Assembly: GCF_006345805.1 (NCBI RefSeq)
Contig: NC_042998.1
Location: 58,094,001 to 58,158,000, forward strand
Reading direction: 5' to 3'
Origin: Octopus sinensis
Lineage: Eukaryota
DNA length: 64,000 nucleotides
Of the stretch, positions 38,870 to 49,754 are shown piece after piece; position 1 is the stretch's first letter; the number at the start of each line of letters is the position of its first letter. The notes beneath the pieces were generated by a model. It searched no databases. It was not told the DNA's origin and worked only from the letters and a program-made list of their open reading frames with translations. The translations under genes and the position numbers were made by a program.

Positions 38870-39425
38870 TACTAAGTAATTAAGGGTTTAGCAACGATTT
38901 GCCTCACCACACACCGAATTTAGAAATAGCTGTCAAAAAGTTTTGGCTATTCTTTCTACTTAAAAGCAAGATCGTGATGTCTTCTAATGCCTTCAAATTT
39001 AATACACAATTATTAATAATTGAGACGCAATTATTTATAATTGAAGAGTCCTACGCTGGAGAGGAAAATAGTTAGGTAAGACATAATTATTTAATTTTTA
39101 TGCTCTGCTATGACTTAATTCCGAAACGTACGTCCGTAGGTGACTTAATATAGAATGATTGTCGCCATTTCTTTCTTTTTTGCCTGCGTCGTTTGCTTTT
39201 TAAGTGCTGTGGTTTTGCTGGGATCTCCCTTTTAAGTAGAAAGAATAGCCAAAACTTTTTGACTGCTATTTCTAAATTCGGTGTGTGGTGAGGCAAATCG
39301 TTGCTAAACCCTTAATTACTTAGTATTACTTAAACCTTCCTTGAATGGGGCTTTTACATGCCGAACTCTACTTGGTGAAATTAATGATTATTTCTAAATT
39401 AATTAGTTTCACCCTTCATTATTGA
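38870..39425 (+). mobile_element. Penelope pLTR/retrozyme-like monomer with about 95-bp inverted end, diverged relative of the 600-bp unit
   Basis: 38870-38965 is the reverse complement of 39229-39325. The body is homologous to the array unit and contains an HHR motif. Flanked by (TA)n. Confidence 0.75.
39050..39140 (+). ncRNA. Minimal type-I hammerhead ribozyme motif, core variant CUGGAGA
   Basis: CCTACG-CTGGAGA-GGAA...TTCC-GAAAC-GTAC-GTC-CGTAGG. Perfect 6-bp stem I and a palindromic loop III (ACGTACGT). Confidence 0.7.
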
Positions 39426-39436
39426 TAATTATACAA

Positions 39437-39505
<69 letters not shown>

Positions 39506-39871
39506 TATACATATGTATATATATACACATATATATATATATATATACATATGTATACATACATATACATATATATATATATCCGTAATAATGAAGGGTG
39601 AAATTAATTAATTTGGAAAAATTATCAATTACACCAAGTAGTCTTCGGCATGTAAAAGCCTCATTCGAGGAAAATTTAAGTAATACTAAGCAATAAGGGT
39701 TTAGCAACGAGTTGCCTTACCACATACCGAATTTAGAAATAGCAGTCAAAGGGTTATAGCTATTTCTTCTACTAAAAAGGGAGATCTCAGTAAAAACAGC
39801 ATTTGGAAGGCAGACACAAACAGGTAAGAGAGAATGAATTGACTGCAATCTATCATACATTTTTTTAGTTA

Positions 39872-39978
39872 TCCACGGACGTACGTTTCGAAATCAAGTT
39901 TTAAGGAAAGCATAAGAATTAAATATTAAATATTAAATAATTCTATCTTACCGAAACTTCTTTTCTCTTCAGCGTAGA
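39872..39978 (-). ncRNA. Minimal type-I hammerhead ribozyme, array copy 1
   Basis: Minus strand TCTACG-CTGAAGA-GAAA...(long loop II)...TTTC-GAAAC-GTAC-GTC^CGTGGA. Predicted cleavage between 39878 and 39877. Confidence 0.85.
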
Positions 39979-40471
39979 ATACTATAATCATAAATGATTA
40001 TATATTGAATTTTGAGATACCAGAAGGCACCAACTCAACTCAGTATCAGAGCGAGCTAGAATCCGCAACTGGTATCACCGAATTCAATTTGTGAATGAAA
40101 CGATTGTGTCAACAGCCCCTTCCCACCCGCGTGTAGCCAAAACAAGATGCTGTGGTCATCTACTGAGATAAAATATGGTTATCCGTAATAATGAAGGGTG
40201 AAATTAATTAATTTGGAAAAATTATCAATTACACCAAGTAGTCTTCGGCATGTAAAAGCCTCATTCGAGGAAAATTTAAGTAATACTAAGCAATAAGGGT
40301 TTAGCAACGAGTTGCCTTACCACATACCGAATTTAGAAATAGCAGTCAAAGGGTTATAGCTATTTCTTCTACTAAAAAGGGAGATCTCAGTAAAAACAGC
40401 ATTTGGAAGGCAGACACAAACAGGTAAGAGAGAATGAATTGACTGCAATCTATCATACATTTTTTTAGTTA

Positions 40472-40578
40472 TCCACGGACGTACGTTTCGAAATCAAGTT
40501 TTAAGGAAAGCATAAGAATTAAATATTAAATATTAAATAATTCTATCTTACCGAAACTTCTTTTCTCTTCAGCGTAGA
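40472..40578 (-). ncRNA. Minimal type-I hammerhead ribozyme, array copy 2
   Basis: Same sequence as copy 1, offset by 600 nt. Confidence 0.85.
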
Positions 40579-41071
40579 ATACTATAATCATAAATGATTA
40601 TATATTGAATTTTGAGATACCAGAAGGCACCAACTCAACTCAGTATCAGAGCGAGCTAGAATCCGCAACTGGTATCACCGAATTCAATTTGTGAATGAAA
40701 CGATTGTGTCAACAGCCCCTTCCCACCCGCGTGTAGCCAAAACAAGATGCTGTGGTCATCTACTGAGATAAAATATGGTTATCCGTAATAATGAAGGGTG
40801 AAATTAATTAATTTGGAAAAATTATCAATTACACCAAGTAGTCTTCGGCATGTAAAAGCCTCATTCGAGGAAAATTTAAGTAATACTAAGCAATAAGGGT
40901 TTAGCAACGAGTTGCCTTACCACATACCGAATTTAGAAATAGCAGTCAAAGGGTTATAGCTATTTCTTCTACTAAAAAGGGAGATCTCAGTAAAAACAGC
41001 ATTTGGAAGGCAGACACAAACAGGTAAGAGAGAATGAATTGACTGCAATCTATCATACATTTTTTTAGTTA

Positions 41072-41178
41072 TCCACGGACGTACGTTTCGAAATCAAGTT
41101 TTAAGGAAAGCATAAGAATTAAATATTAAATATTAAATAATTCTATCTTACCGAAACTTCTTTTCTCTTCAGCGTAGA
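41072..41178 (-). ncRNA. Minimal type-I hammerhead ribozyme, array copy 3
   Basis: Same sequence as copy 1, offset by 1200 nt. Confidence 0.85.
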
Positions 41179-42049
41179 ATACTATAATCATAAATGATTA
41201 TATATTGAATTTTGAGATACCAGAAGGCACCAACTCAACTCAGTATCAGAGCGAGCTAGAATCCGCAACTGGTATCACCGAATTCAATTTGTGAATGAAA
41301 CGATTGTGTCAACAGCCCCTTCCCACCCGCGTGTAGCCAAAACAAGATGCTGTGGTCATCTACTGAGATAAAATATGGTTATCCGTAATAATGAAGGGTG
41401 AAATTAATTAATTTGGAAAAATTATCAATTACACAAGTAGTCTTCGGCATGTAAAAGCCTCATTCGAGGAAAATTTAAGTAATACTAAGCAATAAGGGTT
41501 TAGCAACGAGTTGCCTTACCACATACCGAATTTAGAAATAGCAGTCAAGGGTTATAGCTATTTCTTCTACTAAAATGATAGATTGCAGTCAATTCATTCT
41601 CTCTTACCTGTTTGTGTCTGCCTTCCAAATGCTGTTTTTACTGAGATCTCCCTTTTTAGTAGAAGAAATAGCTATAACCCTTGACTGCTATTTCTAAATT
41701 CGGTATGTGGTAAGGCAACTCGTTGCTAAACCCTTATTGCTTAGTATTACTTAAATTTTCCTCGAATGAGGCTTTTACATGCCGAAGACTACTTGGTGTA
41801 ATTGATAATTTTTCCAAATTAATTAATTTCACCCTTCATTATTACGGATAACATATTTTATCTCAGTAGATGACCACAGCATCTTGTTTTGGCTACACGC
41901 GGGTGGGAAGGGGCTGTTGACACAATCGTTTCATTCACAAATTGAATTCGGTGATACCAGTTGCGGATTCTAGCTCGCTCTGATACTGAGTTGAGTTGGT
42001 GCCTTCTGGTATCTCAAAATTCAATATATAATCATTATGATTATAGTAT

Positions 42050-42156
42050 TCTACGCTGAAGAGAAAAGAAGTTTCGGTAAGATAGAATTATTTAATATTT
42101 AATATTTAATTTTTATGCTTTCCTTAAAACTTGATTTCGAAACGTACGTCCGTGGA
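42050..42156 (+). ncRNA. Minimal type-I hammerhead ribozyme, inverted array copy
   Basis: TCTACG (42050-55), CTGAAGA (42056-62), GAAAC (42139-43), GTAC, GTC (42148-50), CGTGGA. Confidence 0.85.
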
Positions 42157-42341
42157 TAACTAAAAAAATGTATGATAGATTGCAGTCAATTCATTCTCTC
42201 TTACCTGTTTGTGTCTGCCTTCCAAATGCTGTTTTTACTGAGATCTCCCCTTTTAGTAGAAGAAATAGCTATAACCCTTTGACTGCTATTTCTAAATTCG
42301 GTATGTGGTAAGGCAACTCGTTGCTAAACCCTTATTGCTTC

Positions 42342-42431
<90 letters not shown>

Positions 42432-42435
42432 TAAA

Positions 42436-42498
<63 letters not shown>

Positions 42499-43087
42499 TA
42501 CAGGCAGACACGGTTGATAGACTGATTTCGATCAAGTAATCGTTGAAATCCACAATTTGAAAGAATATGCTTATATAAAACAAAGCTTCTTGATGTCTGC
42601 CGTCTTCCTCCAACATGCACAGACATTACGAATTTCATATCCACAAAGAAGGATAGTAAATGCGAGGATGTGTAATCTATTTTCAGCATCAACGCAGAGA
42701 GAATGGAAGGACGACATGAAGAAAAATACAAATAAAATTTAAATACTTGTTTAAAATGGTAAATGTGAAAATTTTAGGATATAAACGATCAAAATGAAAA
42801 TAATATATATAAAAGAAAGGAAATAATAATTCTGAATGGAACGAAAGAAAAACTAAAATATAGATAGTGGTGAACTTAAAAATTGTATCGATATCGAAAG
42901 AGAAAGAATAATACTGGCATTTTACTGAAGTTTATCACGAAAGGAAATATACACACACAAATATATGTGTATAAATATGCGTATGTGGGTGTACGTATAT
43001 GTAAATGTATATATATATATATGCATATATGTATGTATGTGTATATATATATATACACACACATTATATATATATATATACACATAC

Positions 43088-43143
<56 letters not shown>

Positions 43144-43149
<6 letters not shown>

Positions 43150-43378
43150 ATTGCAGAGTAGAAGGTGTTTATACGCTATTTAAGAAACGCACAAAAGCAC
43201 ACGGAATTTTGTCAGTGAACAGGTCGCGGTCTCAAAGCGACGAAAATATTTTTGACAAATTAAATTTAAATGTTGAAGTGAATCTAACTGTTTTTGTGTG
43301 TTTCTTAAATGGCGTATAAACAGCTTCCACGCTGCAATTGTTTTCGTTCCAGCACACGATCTCAGATCAGGTCACTAT
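43144..43378. mobile_element. Short pLTR-like element with about 53-bp inverted flanks around an HHR motif, next to (TA)n
   Basis: AAAACAATTGCAGAGTAGAAGGTGTTTATACGCTATTTAAGAAACGCACAAAA (about 43144-43196) mirrors TTTTGTGTGTTTCTTAAATGGCGTATAAACAGCTTCCACGCTGCAATTGTTTT (about 43292-43345). Confidence 0.75.
43208..43259 (+). ncRNA. Hammerhead ribozyme motif with swapped G3-C8 core (GUGAACA)
   Basis: TTTGTCA-GTGAACA-G-GTCGC-GGTCTCAAA-GCGAC-GAAA-ATATTTT-TGACAAA. 7-bp stem I, 5-bp stem II and palindromic AAAATATTTT in loop III. Confidence 0.7.
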
Positions 43379-43470
43379 ATAAAGAGAGAGAGGCTGAGAA
43401 AGTATCGTAGCTAAGAGTTGTCTTGACTTTTATATATATATATGTGTATATATATATATATAAAATAAGT

Positions 43471-44700
43471 CTCAAACACTTCCTTGACCTTCGACCCAAC
43501 CCTCAGGCTGATACGTCCACACTTCTGGCCGAATTTGTTCTCTCCCCCAACTGCTTCCTTTTCGCGGGGGAGCTTTACCAACAGCTCTCAGGTTGGCCAT
43601 AGGAACGAGAATGGGCCCTAATTATGCGTACCTGTTCGTTGGCTACGTTGAGGCAAAAATATTTGCAAGATTCACTGAATCGACTCCCGAAATATACGGT
43701 CGTTATACTGATGATACTATCGGTGCGACTTCGCTCTCTCACGAACAACTAGACTCCTTCCTCTCTTTTGTCCAATCCTTCAATACTGCCTTCAAATTCT
43801 CCCCTCTTTCAAACGAGCCCACAACCTACGTGAACTTCTAGTCTACAGTTTCTTCCTTAACCCCATTTCCCAAAATGCTTCGTTCCCCTGCTCCCGCTCA
43901 CGCTGCTGTATCGCGCCATCTCCGCTCTACCAGTCATTCATTACAACACCTCTATGTTCGGATTGTTGTTGCACAGGGGCCATCTGGATTCCCGCCTTCG
44001 CCGTGAACAAGAATTAATCTTCTCTCTTCGGTCCTTTGCGCCGTTTGGGCCAACTCCCCTCCCCTCTTCATCTGACTCCCCTCCTCTCCTCTCTTCAGCT
44101 GACTCCTACTTCCTCTCTTCACGCCTGCCCAGCTACTCCCTTCAGTGATACTCCTTCCATCCACCCCTCCCCCACATATCCCACTCCCACATACCCATCC
44201 CCTACTCTCATATACCCTACCACTACCCCCAGATCCTCACCCCTAACCCACACCCTATCCTCACATCCCCACACCCCAACACCATCACACCACACCACAT
44301 CACACCACATCACACCACCCAAACACACTAGCACTGACCACTTTCCAGCATCTACACCATCACATTACAGACTCACACACTTACACATCCACACATCCAC
44401 ACTTCAAATCACCAGCCTCTATCCATACGCACAGACTTACACACTCTCACATACATGCATACGCACCTTCATTTTGGGATCACCAAAACTTTATTATCTT
44501 CCCTTCCTCCTAGCTCTCCTGTTTAAATACCTCTGTCTATCCAGTTGCCATCATTGACCGTTAACTCTAAAACCTTTCTCTTTATTCTCCCTCTGTTTAT
44601 TTCCTCAGGTCCCTTTCTGTTGAAGAGCGTAGACTCGAAACAGAAAAGACTTTCTCACCTTCCTGAACAACAAACTAATACACCTGCTTGCTATTCGTAC
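43471..44700 (+). mobile_element. Decayed, internally deleted Penelope-like element (RT + GIY-YIG C-terminus + low-complexity pLTR)
   Basis: RT: YQQLSG/AIGTRMGPNYAYLFVGYVEAKIF...YGRYTDD. Endonuclease end: VSRHLRSTSHSL...RLRREQELIFSLRSFAPFG. Followed by a C/T/A-rich tail and a decayed HHR at 44613-44650. Confidence 0.85.
44613..44650 (+). ncRNA. Decayed HHR motif in the Penelope pLTR
   Basis: CTTT-CTGTTGA-A-GAG-CGTAGA-CTC-GAAA-CAGA-AAAG. Stems I and II are present, but the core and cleavage triplet are altered. Confidence 0.4.
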
Positions 44701-44768
44701 ATCTGTCTTTGTTTTTCTGAAAATTTCAAGTATACACACACACACTCACCTACACACACACACAACAC

Positions 44769-44863
<95 letters not shown>

Positions 44864-46139
44864 ATATAGATATATGAACACGAAAACATGTACTAAACTG
44901 TTACATTCTGAGACAAAATCCAATTTATCTTATTTTCGAGGTGCCTCAACTTCACCCTGAGCAGTTGTTAGTTTATCTACCATTTAATTTACTATGATTC
45001 TTTAATTTTGTTGATAACGAAAGTGCTGAAATATGTGTACGCACACTCAAACGAATGTTCCTATAAATCTCTCTCCACCATGCACCGACATCAACGATAT
45101 TCTCTACACACGCACCTATGTCAGAGTGCCTTGGAAATGTACATGATTTTGATAAAGACAATTACAGCCTCTCTATGAAAAGTAAACTAAATTGTTATAT
45201 CAGTTTTTATTTATATTTTGCTTTTGGTCTGCGTGGGAAGAAAGAGTGGAATGCGTCTGAACTTTTTTGTTTTTATCTTCTTAGTCGTTTATCAGAGGAA
45301 GCATGAGTACAAGCTCGAACTCCTCCTCTTAATTTGCCTAACGGTGTATGCAAACATGTTCAATTAATTAATTAATCAACTAATAATACATTGCACTATA
45401 TAATTAGAAACGTAAAGTAATATATTTTTTATGTGTATGTATTTTCACCTTGTTGCAAAAACGTAAAAACATTGGTTGGCTACACCACGAGCCACGAGTT
45501 TTTAGTGTAATATTTATTACTTTATAAATAATTAAAAATACATAAAGAATCGTGAATTGAAAATTCCAGTTTTTTTAATGCTTTTTGTGTAGTGAGTAGT
45601 AACTTATAGCTTTCAAATCATGACGCTTCACATGAAAGTGGTCAAATTTTATGTATCTTATAAGCTTCTTGATCATTATTTTCTTTCTGAGCTGTACTGC
45701 TTGGTGAGGTAATAAAGACGGGGAATGTTCCTAATTTCTAATTATTTGTTAGATCCTAATTTATAATTATTTGTTTTTATATACATTAATAGTCTCTGAA
45801 CATTTCAAGTACATAAAATGTAGCTCTATGATTAAAATCTAGAAAGTTCGCATCCAGGCGCTAGTATTCACTGGGTTGTTGGTGAAGTGTTTATATGTCC
45901 AAATACATAGATGGCATTGTCCAAGATATTATCCGGACATACTTTATAAATGGAAATATTTATTCATGGAATCTTATCGACAGTTCAAGTAGAAATGATT
46001 TTTTCTCTTCTATGAGACGAGGTTGCTAACCCACCCCCATTACCCGTCTCTATTTTCAGAGAACGATCATTCACGTCGTTTCTCACCACAAAACATTGCT
46101 GAGTCGATGAGGAGAGAGGGGGAGGGGGAGAGAGGTGAC

Positions 46140-46245
46140 AGAGAGAGAGAGTATAGTTATCAAATCTGAAGGAATGAAAAGCAAAGTTGTCTTCTGTGGA
46201 ATTTGAACTCAGTGTGCAGACAACCGGCACAAATACCGCAAGGCA
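46140..46245 (-). mobile_element. Meta-like SINE fragment
   Basis: GAAGGAATGAAAAGCAAAGTTGTCTTCTGTGGAATTTGAACTCAG...GAAATACCGC-like segment. Confidence 0.55.
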
Positions 46246-47389
46246 TTCTTTCTATCCGACCAACAAAAGACACTGCCAATTTACTGCTTTATCTTATAAA
46301 CAAACAACTTCTTAAATAAAAGCTACCTGTTCCGCCTTGTATAACAATTCATTAGTTTATTAGTGCAAATATACTGTAAGCCCTATCTTACATGGCAAGT
46401 TGCCATATTGAAACAAGAGATATGTTAATGATCATGTAATTGCATAGCTGTTCGATGTTGTCATCATTCAGTTCAACAGATTGTGAACTTAATGTATTTG
46501 GAAAAATAAATATAAAAAGCAAGCTATGGCAACTACAGGAAAATAACCCTTTTATCGGTAGCAAAAAGATAACCTGCGGCGTTTACAACATGATCAATAG
46601 AATCCTCTTAGGCCCGTTCTAGATCAGGGTATGGTATAATGGATGTAGTTCATAGTCGGCTATAAGTTTTGGAAAACGCCAGAAAGCGATCGATATATGA
46701 CATTTATCGATCTGACTATAGCTGTTTGCATCATGTCATTGGATGTCTTCAAAATAACTTTGCATGCTGCTTCTTCCTGCCAGAATAGTGGGAATATTTA
46801 TTTCCACTGAACAAAGAGGGGTGTATTTTTTGCACTCAGAGACGTCATAACTGTGTCGATGAGTTAACATCAACATCAAAAGACTGACACATGGGTCACG
46901 AGTTCATATTGCACTTTCCATTATTTTTTTCTTTAGTGAAATAGTTTATTCTCGCTTCAATCTCACCAGCTAAGAGACGAATGAGGCTAAGAGGTTAACA
47001 TTAGTATACCTGTGTTTATAATATATCCATGAGGAAAATTATCTGACGCCATTTACATATGAAAATATCAGCTACATATTATCTTGATATGATTGTGCAT
47101 AACCTCGGTGATCTAAGAGAAAATAAATATCGCTGTAAAAACTTCCATTCCTTAGTGAAAACACTTCATTAATATTGTGTCTATAGAGATCTTTTAAAGG
47201 TAAATTTAATCTGATATAAATTTGGATATATGGCCACAGCCCGGTATCTTATGTAAACAAGCGTATATGTATGTATTATGTATGTATGTATGTATGTATG
47301 TATGTATGTATGTATGTATGTATGTATTATGTATGTATGTATGTATGTATGTATGTATGTATTATGTATGTATGTATGTATGTGTATTA

Positions 47390-47695
47390 AGGTGCGTAGA
47401 ATAGCGTTTAGGGTTTCGGCTCACAGTCGTAGGGCCGCAGCTTCAACTCCCGGTGACTCGTTGTGTGAGTATTTGGGTCTGTGTGTGTCTCCCTCCACCA
47501 TGGCCTGACAACGGGTGCTGGTTCGTTTACATCCCCATAATTTTGCAGTTCGACAGAAGGCACTGATAGAATAAGTACCAGGATGTTGTAGAATAAATAC
47601 TGAGGTCGATTTATTCGACTAAAGCAATTAAAGCGATGTCCCAGCCTGGTTGTAGTCTAATGACTGAAACAAGTAAAAGATAAAATAGGATTGGT
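47390..47695 (+). mobile_element. Old diverged CORE-like SINE
   Basis: Degenerate tRNA head, then GATAGAATAAGTACCAGG...GAGGTCGATTTATTCGACTAA...AATGACTGAAACAAGTAAAAGA. Confidence 0.6.
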
Positions 47696-48889
47696 TTTTA
47701 TCTCTTACACTATTCTTTAATAGTCACAAACAGTATCTTAATATCAATAATTATTATTATGCTTCTAAGATAAGGTGTAAATAACTGAATTATTTATTCC
47801 AAAAATATTCAGTATTTATTTATCAACAGAAAGTGCAGTAAACCACAGAATGATAACAGACAAATACTATTATTTTTGTTCATGTTCAACAGTTTTAGAG
47901 TTACTTGTTTTTAGTCTCCTAACAGTGGGTAAAATACTGGTTTAAGATGACATTTTTGGAAGTTTGCATCGTGGCGCTCGTATTCAGTTAAAGGGTTTAC
48001 TAGTAGACACAGGGTCATGCCGAAGCTACAACGCTGCATGTAACGCAGAGTAACTTCATAAAAGACCAATATTTTATAGATTTACAATATTAATTATTAT
48101 TGATTGATGGGTATGTCTGATTAAAAAAAACTGAAGCAATTAACATTAACTTGTATGAAACATACAAATACTGATTGATTAATATCTGATTTGTGTATTC
48201 GTCATAAGTGTACTGTGTGCCAAATATTGACGACTCTTTATTCGTCCTGAAAGCTGATATTATGATGGAAATATTATTCTAATAACGAACAATGATTTCG
48301 CAATGTTAGCTGTTTATTTGTGTAGGAATTATTTATATAAGCTATTCACTACTAGCAGCAATATACAGTTAGCTATAATGAAATCGAGTTCCTTAAACTA
48401 TTCCATTTCTATTACGTGGTCGACAGCGAATATCGTGAAAAACTTTTGCAATATCCATTTATTTCTTGATTTAACACATTATTGATTTAATGATTCCAGG
48501 AATATAAGCTTCTCTGCTGAGAAAATATTTACATTACCTATTTTCCAGAGTATTTGTGACACTTGTATCGATCACTAAAACATCTGAGAAAAATCTATGA
48601 ATTAACAAAAACATACTGTGTTACTTATCATCAAAATATCCTAAGACTCGTTATCTGTTTAATTTCAAAGTATTTTTAAATATATAGTTTTCTATAATAT
48701 GATTTTCCCAGCATACATAAAATTGAGTACTGTTAGAATATTCATGCGTAATTATTCTCTTATCAACGATTAAAACAATTTTGGAGTAGTAACTTTAAAA
48801 CTGGAAGGTAAGCATTGTAAATGTAATAATAAAATAGATTTATATATATATGTGTGTGTGCGTGTGTGTATGTATATATATATATATGT

Positions 48890-49092
48890 ATGTGTGTGTG
48901 TATACGTATATATATATATACGCACGACGGGATTATTCCTTCAGTTTCCGTCCGTCTACCAAATCCACTCATAAAGCTTTAGTCAGTCTGAAGCTATAGT
49001 AGAAGACACTTGCCCAAGGTGCTAGGCAGTGAGACTGAACCTCGAACCATGCGGTTGGGATGCAATCTTCTTACCACACAGTCATTCCTGTG
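48890..49092 (-). mobile_element. 5' half of a CORE-like SINE
   Basis: CTACCAAATCCACTCATAAAGC...AGAAGACACTTGCCCAAGGTGC...ACTGAACC. Confidence 0.7.
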
Positions 49093-49262
49093 CTAATATA
49101 TATATATATATATATATATTTAAGTAGTTGGATAATTCCTAGTATGGATAATTCGGTTAACCGATACCTGGGTAGCAAATTCACGTCGGAAAACACGGTT
49201 GAAGCTACATGCCAAGGGCAGAGATCACGTGCTTTCGTGTGGAAATTTGTGTGTTTTTTTTA

Positions 49263-49504
49263 CTATAAATAAATGAAAGAATGGAGTCGAACGACGATTT
49301 AACAAAATTCCTTTATTCTCGACATATGTTTCGAAGACTGCATATTCCTAATTCCGAAGGAATAAGGGGTGCATTATGCCGCCTTCTCATCAGGAAAGAC
49401 AAGGAACTTATGTCAGCATCATGACGAACAAAAATTTTTAGATGACTGCCCACACGGGCAGTCATCTAAAATTTTGTTAAATCGTCGTTCGACTCCATTC
49501 TTTC

Positions 49505-49514
<10 letters not shown>
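49263..49514. mobile_element. Short pLTR-like element with 46-bp perfect inverted ends around an HHR, followed by (TA)n
   Basis: ATAAATAAATGAAAGAATGGAGTCGAACGACGATTTAACAAAATT / AATTTTGTTAAATCGTCGTTCGACTCCATTCTTTCATTTATTTAT, plus an internal hairpin TTTTAGATGACTGCCC-ACAC-GGGCAGTCATCTAAAA. Confidence 0.8.
49316..49398 (-). ncRNA. Minimal type-I hammerhead ribozyme with canonical core
   Basis: Minus strand CTTTC-CTGATGA-GAAGGC...GTCTTC-GAAAC-ATAT-GTC^GAGAA. G10.1-C11.1 pair and palindromic ACATATGT. Confidence 0.85.
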
Positions 49515-49561
<47 letters not shown>

Positions 49562-49754
49562 GCTTATGTATCCAGAAAACCCAAGGTGGCAGGTAACGCT
49601 ATGTAAGTGCTATGGAAGGACCGCAGTTAAACTCTCGGTACGATAATGATACGAGTGAGGAGTCTAATGTGGGTCGTGTATGAGCAGGTAAATGAAATGA
49701 GACAACAAACCCAAAATGGTGTGGAATTTTCAGGTCATTTATAAAGAGAAAGTT

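Larger units (their letters stand above)
39581..42340. repeat. Tandem array of a non-coding 600-bp HHR-containing unit (3 full + 1 partial), then an inverted run of about 765 bp
   Basis: Units start at 39581, 40181, 40781 and 41381, and the text lines repeat at a 600-nt offset. Inversion junction at about 41575/41576, inverted part 41576-42340. (TA)n on both sides. Confidence 0.97.

Noticed and set aside
39581-42340. CRISPR-like or satellite interpretation of the regular array
   Set aside because: Units are 600 bp and identical, with no unique spacers, and the context is eukaryotic. The HHR content and inverted end fit a retroelement-derived array.
44036-44557. 173-aa Pro/Thr/His-rich ORF (and the 161-aa Leu/Ser/Pro ORF at 50116-50601)
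   Set aside because: These are translations of low-complexity Penelope tail sequence, with no splice or homology support.
46570-46900. Possible decayed RT (DLERA..DSIDH-like word) on the minus strand
   Set aside because: A single weak motif with many stops.
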